Assembly: GCA_950097015.1 (NCBI GenBank)
Contig: CATNEN010000001.1
Location: 22,072,001-22,136,000, forward strand
Direction: 5' to 3'
Source of the DNA: Macrostomum hystrix
Lineage: Eukaryota; Animalia; Platyhelminthes
DNA length: 64,000 nt
Part shown: in pieces, positions 26,531-38,500 of the stretch
Position numbering within the stretch: position 1 is the stretch's first letter
Layout of the letters: each line of letters opens with the position of its first letter
Made by a program: the position numbers and the translations under genes
Notes under the pieces: generated by a model
The model's database searches: none
Seen by the model: the letters and a program-made list of their open reading frames with translations, nothing else
Told to the model about the DNA's origin: nothing

Positions 26531-29500
26531 TCACCCAGTCAACAGGTAAAAGCACCAGTAGCACAGGTTGAACAATACGAACAGTGATGGGAAGGCCAGT
26601 CGCGAGTACTTGTCAATCTTGTTGACGTCCTTGATGCGCGGCACTCGACTGCGCAGGTCGCGCGCCCTCTGCCGGATGTTGCTTATCAGGCGATGCCGCC
26701 GCTTGGCGTGCTGCTGAGAATTAGATCCGTAGTGCTGCGAGTGGTAGTAATAGTGCTGCTGCTGTTGCTGCTGCTGCTGCTGACTTGAGTGAGTGTGGCG
26801 ATGGCGCAGCTGAGACCGGAGGCCGCCGTATCCAAGGCTGCCACTTCCAGCGAACAGGTAGCTTGGCCGGCTAATGTAGGGCAGGTGAGGACTCATTGGC
26901 GGGTACATAGGGATGGCCGGCTGCGGTGGCTGCGGTGTCCGCGCCTCCTCGGCCCTGTCCGGATCGTCCTCGGACGTTTCCACGTCAGCTTCCGCATCCG
27001 ACGCGTTCGGCGGTATCGAAGCGGAGGCTGAAGCTGTCGGTGACTCGTGGGGAGCATCCACCGCGGCTGAGCTGTTGAACTGTCGCTGGCGGCTCAATCC
27101 GGTGCCAACCCGGATGCCGATGATGGGAGACATCCGTGTCATTGTCATGCCCGCCGCGTTGCCAGGCAGATACTGCTGAAGATCGGGTGACAGGTTCGGG
27201 CTAGTGTTCATCCTCACTGAGAGACAATCGCAAAGTACATTTTCAATCATAAAAAAGTTTTTAGCACGGACAAAGGTCCTGTCTCAAAGGCATAAAGTAG
27301 CCGAGCAGAATTAGGCACATGTAAATCGTTGTAGTGATTTAGGCTTGAAGTGACTATGAAATAAAATTAGCGAAATAGTAATAAGAATTTCTCCGCAAGC
27401 CAGCATTTCGAGGGAAACGGCACAAGAATTTTCCTTCAAATTATAACTAACTTTTTCGCGTGCCTCTAGTGTATGGACATGTCCAATGGCGAATACGGCT
27501 CGCTATGACCCGGAGTTTTTGAAGTCTTTCAAATGTCATTTTCTTAACAGAGCCTAACAGTTTAACAAGGAACTGAAATTTACTCATTACAGTGAACTGA
27601 CTTTTAAATGACCCGGATAAAAGTTTCTCTAAAAATACTATCGGGAATAACTACCCGCAGTAGCAACATAGGGCTGTGGAATTTTCCATTCACTTGTTTG
27701 CGTGGCTTCAGTGCCAGCAACTGATAATAGTGGGCTGTGGAATTTTCCATTCACTTGTTTGCGTGGCTTCAGTGCCAGCAACTGATAATAGTGGGCTGTG
27801 GAATTTTCCATTCACTTGTTTGCGTGGCTTCAGTGCCAGCAACTGATAATAGTGGGCTGTGGAATTTTCCATTCACTTGTTTGCGTGGCTTCAGTGCCAG
27901 CAACTGATAATAGTGGGCTGTGAAATTTTCCATTCACTTGTTTGCGTGGCTTCAGTGCTGCAGCAACTGATAATAGTGGGCTATGGAATTTTCCATTCAT
28001 TTGTTTGCGTGGCTTCAGTGCCAGCAACTGATAATAGTGGGCTGTGGAATTTTCCATTCACTTGTTTGCGTGGCTTCAGTGCCAGCAACTGATAATAGTG
28101 GGCTATGGAATTTTCCATTCATTTGTTTGCGTGGCTTCAGTGCCAGCAACTGATAATAGTGGGCTGTGGAATTTTCCATTCCATTTTCCATGGCCTCACC
28201 GAGTTGTGAATGAAGCTGGTGTGCCCCAGGGTTTCCTCGCCGTCCTTCAACCGTTTCGCTTTCCGCTTGGCCCTGGCGCCCCAGTAAGTGTAGTTGACCA
28301 TGGCGTATTCCAGCAGAGCGGCGAACACAAACACGAAGCACATCACCAGGTAGATGTCTATGGCCTTCACGTAGCTGATTCGCGGCAGAGAGGAGCGAAC
28401 CCCAGTGCTAATGGTTGTCATCGTGAGTACGGTGGTGATTCCTGCGTAGTTTGGTTTGGGTTCGTTAAGTTTCCTCCGCGAATATAAATCTATTTTGTCT
28501 AACATTAAACTCGAACGTCTAACAGGTATCTCCATAGATATCTCCATCTTCTGACAGGTATCTCAGGTATCACCGCAAAAAATCGCAGCTAACTACTCAA
28601 GCAACTCACCCAGCGCCACTCTCGCTGACGTCGCCTCGTGGTTGATCCAGAAGGACACCCAGGAGAGCATGACAATCAGGATGGATGGCAGGTAGGTTTG
28701 GAACACGAAGAAGCCAACGTTGCGACGCAGCCGAAAGATCAGAGAGAGCCGCTGGTAAGCACCTGGGATGCAGGATCATTTGAGCGTAGCAATCATTTGA
28801 GCATAGCAATCATTTGAGCATAGCAATCATTTGAGCATAGCAATCATTTGAGCATAGCAATCATTTGAGCATAGCAATCATTTGAGCATAGCAATCATTT
28901 GAGCATAGCAATCATTTGAGCATAGCAATCATTTGAGCATAGCAATCATTTGAGCATAGCAATCATTTGAGCATAGCAATCATTTGAGCATAGCAATCAT
29001 TTGAGCATGGCAATGTACTGATAAGTCTGGCTGACTGGTAATCCTAATACGTATTTTTCATGACTCACCCTACTCACCCTGACTGTCACTCCCACCGTCA
29101 CTCCCACCGTCACTCCCACCGTCACTCCCACTGTCACTCCCACCGTCACTCTGACTGTCACTATTACTGTCACTCACACTGTCACTTTCACTGTCACTCT
29201 CACCGTCACTCACACTGTCACTCTCACCGTCACTCACACTGTCACTCTCACCGTCACTCACACTGTCACTCTCACCGTCACTCACACTGTCACTCTCACC
29301 GTCACTCACACTGTCACTCTCACCGTCACTCACACTGTCACTCTCACTGTCACTCTCACCGTCACTCACACTGTCACTCTCACCGTCACTCTCACTGTCA
29401 CTCTCACTGTCACTCTCACTGTCACTCTCACCGTCACTCTCACTGATTCTCTTGCGAAAATGTCACTTTTATCTGCAGTTTCGCTTCATTTAGAGATTAA

Positions 29501-32500
29501 CTCCAGTTCATTAACTGATTGCAAACAATGAAAAAAGGTCACGCGACTGTTTGAGCTGGAAACAATGGATCTAATGGTATTAGTGTGAATAAAATGTATA
29601 TATTTTTAACAATTTTCAGGACCTAACACAGCGAGTTGCTGCATTCAAATCTAATTTGCGCTAACTTCCTGTACCAGCAACTAGAGTGGCAGAACAGTAC
29701 AATGCACCACATTGTTCTCTGACAAATTACAAGGTCCTGGTCAATGACTTTTTTATACTTTTCAACGTCCGATGCGATAATTTGCTTTTTTACTGTTCTC
29801 TTCTAACTTCTTCTCATAAAACAATAATACGAGCTAATTGATTTCACCTGCCCCCAATCGGGTCGGATGTGCAGCCGACAGCACAGCCCCAGCTAATGCG
29901 CGGCGCATCTGAAGGCTGCGTACGGCTGTTCAGTCCATGGACTGGGGGACGCCACACCCACCCTCAATTATCCCTGATAATGCTGGTACCCATTTAACAG
30001 CTGGGTGAGCTGAATCAATGCAGAGTTAAGTGTCTTGCAAAAGGGCACTTATTGTTCCAGTGGAGTCGGGAATCGAACCCCCGACCTTCAAATCGTGAGT
30101 CCGACGCTCTAACCACTAGGCTACAACCTCGTCTGATCTTCTTCTTATCAACTGACCTGTCATTCTGATCACTCTGATCCCAACAATTAGTCCTCACTCA
30201 TTCCCAAAGCAGAGGGTCGCCCCTGTCTCACCAGTTGACAGCGAAATGGTGGTGGTGCCGACCTCAAAGTGCTCCAGCGTGAACTGCGGCATCTTTACTC
30301 GGTCGGCGCCGTCCACAGCCGACGGACCGTCCTTCCAGTGCATCGTGACATCCTCGGTGGGATATCCGTCTGGGGAGATTAAAGAAGCATTCGAGTTTGG
30401 GATAATTTTAGAGCTGGTATTTTTTTATTTGGGTCATTTGAAAATTGGGATATTCAGAGAATCGGGATATTCAGAGAATTGGGATATTTAGAGAATTGGG
30501 ATATTTAGAGAATTGGGATACTCAGAGAATTGGGATATCTAGAGAATTGGGATATTCAGAGAATTGGGATATTCAGAGAATTGGGATATTCAGAGAATTG
30601 GGATATTTAGAGAGTTGGGATATTCAGAGAATTGGGATATTCAGAGAATTGGGATATTTAGAGAATTGGGATATTTAGAGAATTGGGATATTCAGAGAAT
30701 TGGGATATTCAGAGAATTGGGATATTTAGAGAATTGGGATTTTCAGAGAATTGGGATATTTAGAGAATTGTGATTTTCAGAGAATCGGGATATTTAGAGA
30801 ATTGGGATATTTAGAGTATTGGGATATTTAGAGAATTGAGATATTCAGAGAATTAGGATATTCAGAGAATTAGAATATTTAGAGAATTGGGATATTCAGT
30901 GAATCGGGATATTCAGAGAATTGGGATATTCAGAGAACTGGGTTATTCAGAGAATTGGGATATTCAGAGAATTGGGATATTTAGAGAATTGGGATATTTA
31001 GAGAATTGGGATATTCCGAGAATTGGGATATTTAGAGAATTGGGATATTCAGAGAATTGGGATATTCAGAGAATTGGGATATTTAGAGAATTGGGATATT
31101 TAGAGAATTGGGATATTTAGAGAATTGGGATATTCAGAGAATTGGGATATTCAGAGAATTGAGATATTCAGAGAATTGGGATATTCAGAGAATTGGGATA
31201 TTTGGAGAATTGGGATATTTGGAGAATTGGGATATTTGGAGAATTGGGATATTTAAAGAATTGGGATATTCAGAGAACTGGGATATTTATAGAATTGGGA
31301 TATTTAAAGAGAATTGGGATATTTAGAGAATTGGGATATTCAGTGAATTGGGATATTCAGTGAATTGGGATATTCAGTGAATTGGGCTATTCAGTGAATT
31401 GGGATATTCAGAGAATTGGGATATTCAGAGAATTGGGATATTCAGAGAATTGGGATATTCAGAGAATTGGGATATTCAGAGAATTGGGATATTTAGAGAA
31501 TCGGGATATTCAGAGAATTGGGATATTTAGTGAATTGGGATATTTAGAAAATTGGGATATCTTGTGATTTAGGGAATTTTTGGGAATCGGGATGTTTTGA
31601 GAATTGGCATCGTTTTTTAACAGTGATATTTTCTTTTCGGAAATTAAATCTGATTACGCGTTATGGGCCATCTGGAAGGTATTTTTAGCTTCGCCCAATT
31701 TGATCACAAAGTGTCAGGTGGCTGAAATTTCTCGCAAGAAAGGAAAACATTATTTTGTGTTGGAATCGGTTGCTCAGTCAGTGCGGTGCGTCTTGAGCAC
31801 TGCCGACCAGAAATGGGGATGGATTTGTCATCTGCCGCGCATAAATTTGCCGAGAAAAACTCGGCCTGAATAATTGACGACGGCACTGAGATGGAAACAT
31901 GCTCAGCCAACATTGTCACCCGGAGCGAATCTGTCTTGTCTACTGGAGATCGGGAAATTTATCCCCCCTTCCCAATCCCTCGGCAGTCACTCACAGCTCT
32001 CAATCTCCACTGTGCAATTCTGCACATCCAGCGGGTAATAGTGCAGATCCATCATGCAGGCCAAGGTGGTTGTGAACCTGCAATGTTTGATTGGTGACGA
32101 GACTCACTCTTCTCACCTTCCAGTATTCAGCTTTTATTTGTAAAGCTTAGACTTGCTGCTTCGCTTATCTTGATGATAGCCACACTCTCCTGTCACTCAC
32201 CTGTCACTCTCCTGTCACTCTCCTGTCACTCTCCTGTCACTCTCCTGTCACTCTCCTGTCACTCTTCGGTCACTCACCTGTCACTCTCTTGTCCCTCTCC
32301 TGTCACTCACCTGTCACTCACCTGTCACTCACCTGTCACTCTCCTGTCACTCTCCTGTCACTCTCCTGTCACTCTCCTGTCACTCACCTGTCACTCTCCT
32401 GTCACTCTCCTATCACTCTCCTGTCACTCTCCTGTCACTCTCCTGTCACTCTCCTGTCACTCTCCTGTCACTCTCCTGTCACTCTTCGGTCACTCCTTTG

Positions 32501-35500
32501 TCACTTTCGTGTTACTCTCCTGTCATCACTCACCTGTCACTCACCTGTCACTCTTCTGTCACGCTCCTTTGTCACTCTCCTGTGATTTCTCTCTCCTATC
32601 ACTCTTCTGTCACTCTCCTGTTACTATCATGTCACTCTCCTGTTACTATCATGTCACTCTCCTGTTACTATCATGTCATTCATCTGTCATTCTCCTGTTA
32701 CTATCATGTCACTCATCTGTTACTCATCTGTTACTATCATATCACTCATCTGTCACTCATCTGTTACTATCATGTCACTCTCCTGTTACTATCATGTCAC
32801 TCATCTGTCACTCTCCTGTTACTATCATGTCACTCATCTGTCATTCTCCTGTTACTATCATGTCACTCATCTGTTACTCATCTGTTACTATCATATCACT
32901 CATCTGTCACTCATCTGTTACTATCATGTCACTCTCCTGTTACTATCATGTCACTCATCTGTCACTCTCCTGTTACTATCATGTCACTCATCTGTCACTC
33001 TCCTGTTACTATCATGTCACTCATCTTTCACTCTCCTGTTACTATCATGTCACTCATCTGTCACTCATATGTTACTATCATGTCACTCATCTGTCACTCA
33101 TCTGTTACTATCATGTCACTCTCCTGTTACTATCATGTCACTCATCTGTCACTCTCCTGTTACTATCATGTCACTCATCTGTCACTCATCTGTTATTATC
33201 ATGTCACTCATCTGTTACTCATCTGTTACTATCATATCACTCATCTGTCACTCATCTGTTACTATCATGTCACTCTCCTGTTACTATCATGTCACTCATC
33301 TGTCACTCTCCTGTTACTATCATGTCACTCATCTGTCACTCTCCTGTTACTATCATGTCACTCATCTGTCACTCTCCTGTTACTATCATGTCACTCATCT
33401 GTCACTCTCCTGTTACTATCATGTCACTCATCTGTCACTCATCTGTTACTATCATGTCACTCTCCTGTTACTATCATGTCACTCATCTGTCACTCTCCTG
33501 TTACTATCATGTCACTCATCTGTCACTCATCTGTCACTCATCTGTCACTCATCTGTCCCTCTTCAGAATGAAAAACTGAAGAGAAGCAGACTGGAAATAA
33601 ACGATGAACAAATCGAAAAAGGGAATTAAAATCGATATTCAATAGCCGAAAAATCTACCAACAGACTGAGAACACCGAGCTCAAAATGTTGCTCACCTCA
33701 TGCCGTAGATGATCCTGCCGTCACCGTACAGGCGCACCATTTTGTTCTGCTCGGTGACATCGTGCAGAAACGAGTGCTTGTCATTGGCCAGGAAAGTGTC
33801 GGGCACCCAGATTCTGCTGGCGAACTCGCCTGTCAGTGTCATGGACTTGTTGGGATTATTTGTGTCAAATGCCAGCCGTTTGTCTGTCCAGTACTGGTTC
33901 AGGTACATTGTGATGGTGTAGTCCTGTGCGATGCGATGCGAAATGACACTTTTTTACCTCTTGTTATCGTGTACTTATTGCCAGCGAGAAGGCTATTCTG
34001 CCCATTTCGCCGACTCCAGAGCACACACTCACACAGATACTGTACGCAGGCACACACTCACACAGATACTGTACGCAGGCACACACTCACACAGATACTG
34101 TACGCAGGCACACACTCACACAGATACTGTACGCAGGCACACACTCACACAGATACTGTACGCAGGCACACACTCACACAGATACTGTACGCAGGCACAC
34201 ACTCACACAGATACTGTACGCAGGCACACACTCACACAGATACTGTACGCAGGCACAACTCACACAGATACTGTACGCAGGCACACACTCACACAGATAC
34301 TGTACGCAGGCACACACTCACACAGATACTGTACGCAGGCACACACTCACACAGATACTGTACGCAGGCACACACTCACACAGATACTGTACGCAGGCAC
34401 ACACTCACACAGATACTGTACGCAGGCACACACTCACACAGATACTGTACGCAGGCACACACTCACACAGATACTGTACGCAGGCACACACTCACACAGA
34501 TACTGTACGCAGGCACACACTCACACAGATACTGTACGCAGGCACACACTCACACAGATACTGTACGCAGGCACACACTCACACAGATACTGTACGCAGG
34601 CACACACTCACACAGATACTGTACGCAGGCACACACTCACACAGATACTGTACGCAGGCACACACTCACACAGATACTGTACGCAGGCACACACTCACAC
34701 AGATACTGTACGCAGGCACACACTCACACAGATACTGTACGCAGGCACACACTCACACAGATACTGTACGCAGGCACAACTCACACAGATACTGTACGCA
34801 GGCACACACTCACACAGATACTGTACGCAGGCACACACTTACAAAGATACTGTACGCAGGCACAACTCACACAGATACTGTACGCAGGCACACACTCACA
34901 CAGATACTGTACGCAGGCACACACTCACACAGATACTGTACGCAGGCACACACTCACACAGATACTGTACGCAGGCACACACTCACACAGATACTGTACG
35001 CAGGCACAACTCACACAGATACTGTACGCAGGCACACACTCACACAGATACTGTACGCAGGCACACACTCACACAGATACTGTACGCAGGCACACACTCA
35101 CACAGATACTGTACGCAGGCACACACTCACACAGATACTGTACGCAGGCACACACTCACACAGATACTGTACGCAGGCACACACTCACACAGATACTGTA
35201 CGCAGGCACACACTCACACAGATACTGTACGCAGGCACAACTCACACAGATACTGTACGCAGGCACACACTCACACAGATACTGTACGCAGGCACACACT
35301 CACACAGATACTGTACGCAGGCACACACTCACACAGATACTGTACGCAGGCACACACTCACACAGATACTGTACGCAGGCACACACTCACACAGATACTG
35401 TACGCAGGCACACACTCACACAGATACTGTACGCAGGCACACACTCACACAGATACTGTACGCAGGCACACACTCACACAGATACTGTACGCAGGCACAG

Positions 35501-38500
35501 TGGCGTAGCCAGGATTTTGTCTAGGGGGCGCCAATACCACATGGGGGCGCCACTACCACATGGAGGCGCCACTACCACATGGAGGCGCCACTACCACATG
35601 GGGGTGCCACTACCACATGGGGGCGCCACTACCACATGGGGGTGCCACTACCACATGGGGGCGCCACTACCACATGGGGGTGCCACTACCACATGGGGGC
35701 GCCACTACCACTATTTCGTCAACCGATTAGGGGGGCGTGGCCCCCCTTGCCCCCCTGGCAACGCCACTGCACAGGTGTGTAAATCTGCCCTGACTATCAT
35801 TGCACGACATGCCCCCAAGCCTTCTCTCCGCGTCTGCCGCCCTTGGTGCAAGAGGCAAACGCGTTAACCGCTCTGCCACTGACCCCCTTGAGAGTCTATC
35901 TATCAAGGGTTCCAGTTTTGTACATTTTATAAAAATACTAAAACTCAACAAGGATACTTTGGCTATCGGTCAAACCGGCACAGGGTATATTGGTTGGACA
36001 ATCATTGAAATTCAATTTCGTCACCAAATTGAAAGCTATATTTTTATTCTAGACTTGAGTTTACTCAAACACAAGAAACTTTTCAGTCCGGATCCCAAAT
36101 AATTTGCGTTCCCTATCAAGTCTCTAATCTAATTCGATTAGTGTTACAGGACAGGACGAAGCTATAGTTACTCGCCAAGAAGCTCTCGCCATGTCGATTT
36201 TGTTACTCCAGAGCGAACTTTTATTTCTTAGAAAAAACGCTGTATATGAGCGAGTTGCTTGACTATGTTTCTTAGAAAACTAGTGCAGACAATGAGCGAG
36301 CTGCTTGACTATGTTTCTTAGAAAACTAATGCAGAATATGAGCGAGTTGCTTGACTATGTTTCTTAGAAAACTAGTGCAGAATATGAGCGAGTTGCTTGA
36401 CTATGTTTCTTAGAAAACTAGTGCAGAATATGAGCGAGTTGCTTGACTATGTTTCTTAGAAAACTAGTGCAGAATATGAGCGAGCTGCTTGACTATGTTT
36501 CTTAGAAAACTAATGCAGACAATGAGCGAGTTGCTTGACTATGTTTCTTAGAAAACTAATGCGGACTATGAGCGAGTTGCTTGAATATGTTTCTTAGAAA
36601 ACTAGTGCAGAATATGAGCGAGCTGCTTCACTATGTTTCTTAGAAAACTAATGCACACTATGAGCGAGCTACTTGACTATGTTTCTTAGAAAACTAATGC
36701 ATACTATGAGCGAGCTGCTTGACTATGTTTCTTAGAAAACTAATGCACACTATGAGCGAGTTGCTTGACTATGTTTCTTAGAAAACTAATGCACACTATG
36801 AGCGAGTTGCTTGACTATGTTTCTTAGAAAACTGATGCGGACTATGAGCGAGCTGCTTGACTATGTTTCTTAGAAAACTAATGCAGACTATGAGCGAGCT
36901 ACTTGACTATGTTTCTTAGAAAACTAATGCATACTATGAGCGAGCTGCTTGACTATGTTTCTTAGAAAACTAATGCACACTATGAGCGAGCTACTTGACT
37001 ATGTTTCTTAGAAAACTAATGCATACTATGAGCGAGTTGCTTGACTATGTTTCTTAGAAAACTAATGCGGACTATGAGCGAGTTGCTTGAATATGTTTCT
37101 TAGAAAACTAGTGCAGAATATGAGCGAGCTGCTTCACTATGTTTCTTAGAAAACTAGTGCAGACTATGAGCGAGCTGCTTGACTATGTTTCTTAGAAAAC
37201 TAATGCAGACTATGAGCGAGCTACTTGACTATGTTTCTTAGAAAACTAATGCATACTATGAGCGAGCTGCTTGACTATGTTTCTTAGAAAACTAATGCAC
37301 ACTATGAGCGAGCTACTTGACTATGTTTCTTAGAAAACTAATGCATACTATGAGCGAGCTGCTTGACTATGTTTCTTAGAAAACTAATGCACACTATGAG
37401 CGAGTTGCTTGACTATGTTTCTTAGAAAACTAATGCACACTATGAGCGAGTTGCTTGACTATGTTTCTTAGAAAACTGATGCGGACTATGAGCGAGCTGC
37501 TTGACTATGTTTCTTAGAAAACTAATGCACACTATGAGCGAGTTGCTTGACTATGTTTCTTAGAAAACTAATGCATACTATGAGCGAGCTGCTTGACTAT
37601 GTTTCTTAGAAAACTAATGCACACTATGAGCGAGTTGCTTGACTATGTTTCTTAGAAAACTGATGCGGACTATGAGCGAGCTGCTTGACTATGTTTCTTA
37701 GAAAACTAATGCACACTATGAGCGAGTTGCTTGACTATGTTTCTTAGAAAACTAATGCACACTATGAGCGAGTTGCTTGACTATGTTTCTTAGAAAACTA
37801 ATGCAGACAATTAGCGAGTTGCTTGACTATGTTTCTTAGAAAACTGATGCGGACTATGAGCGAGCTGCTTGACTATGTTTCTTAGAAAACTGATGCGGAC
37901 TATGAGCGAGTTGCTTGACTATGTTTCTTAGAAAACTGATGCGGACTATGAGCGAGCTGCTTGACTATGTTTCTTAGAAAACTAATGCACACTATGAGCG
38001 AGTTGCTTGACTATGTTTCTTAGAAAACTGATGCGGACTATGAGCGAGCTGCTTGACTATGTTTCTTAGAAAACTGATGCGGACTATGAGCGAGCTGCTT
38101 GACTATGTTTCTTAGAAAACTAATGCACACTATGAGCGAGTTGCTTGACTATGTTTCTTAGAAAACTAATGCATACTATGAGCGAGTTGCTTGACTATGT
38201 TTCTTAGAAAACTAATGCATACTATGAGCGAGTTGCTTGACTATGTTTCTTAGAAAACTAATGCATACTATGAGCGAGTTGCTTGACTATGTTTCTTAGA
38301 AAACTGATGCGGACTATGAGCGAGTTGCTTGACTATGTTTCTTAGAAAACTAATGCATACTATGAGCGAGTTGCTTGACTATGTTTCTTAGAAAACTGAT
38401 GCAGACTATGAGCGAGCTGCTTGGACGTGCTTTCTAGAAAACCAACGCAGACTAAGGGAGAGAAGCTTCTACGTGCAAAGTTAGAATTAGCAGACGAGAG

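Larger units (their letters stand above)
33980..35886 (-). mobile_element. SINE family 1 copy, expanded by an internal 29-bp array and interrupted by a MITE
   Basis: Head at ~35850-35886 (rc GGGGTCAGTGGCAGAGCGGTTAACGCGTTTGCCTCT) and tail at 33980-34020 (rc GGAGTCGGCGAAATGGGCAGAATAGCCTTCTCGCTGGC) match the copy at 50102-50400. Confidence 0.85.

Noticed and set aside
32170-35867. Long ORFs of 318-701 aa
   Set aside because: Translations of stop-free tandem repeats, open in several frames, on the antisense strand of receptor introns.
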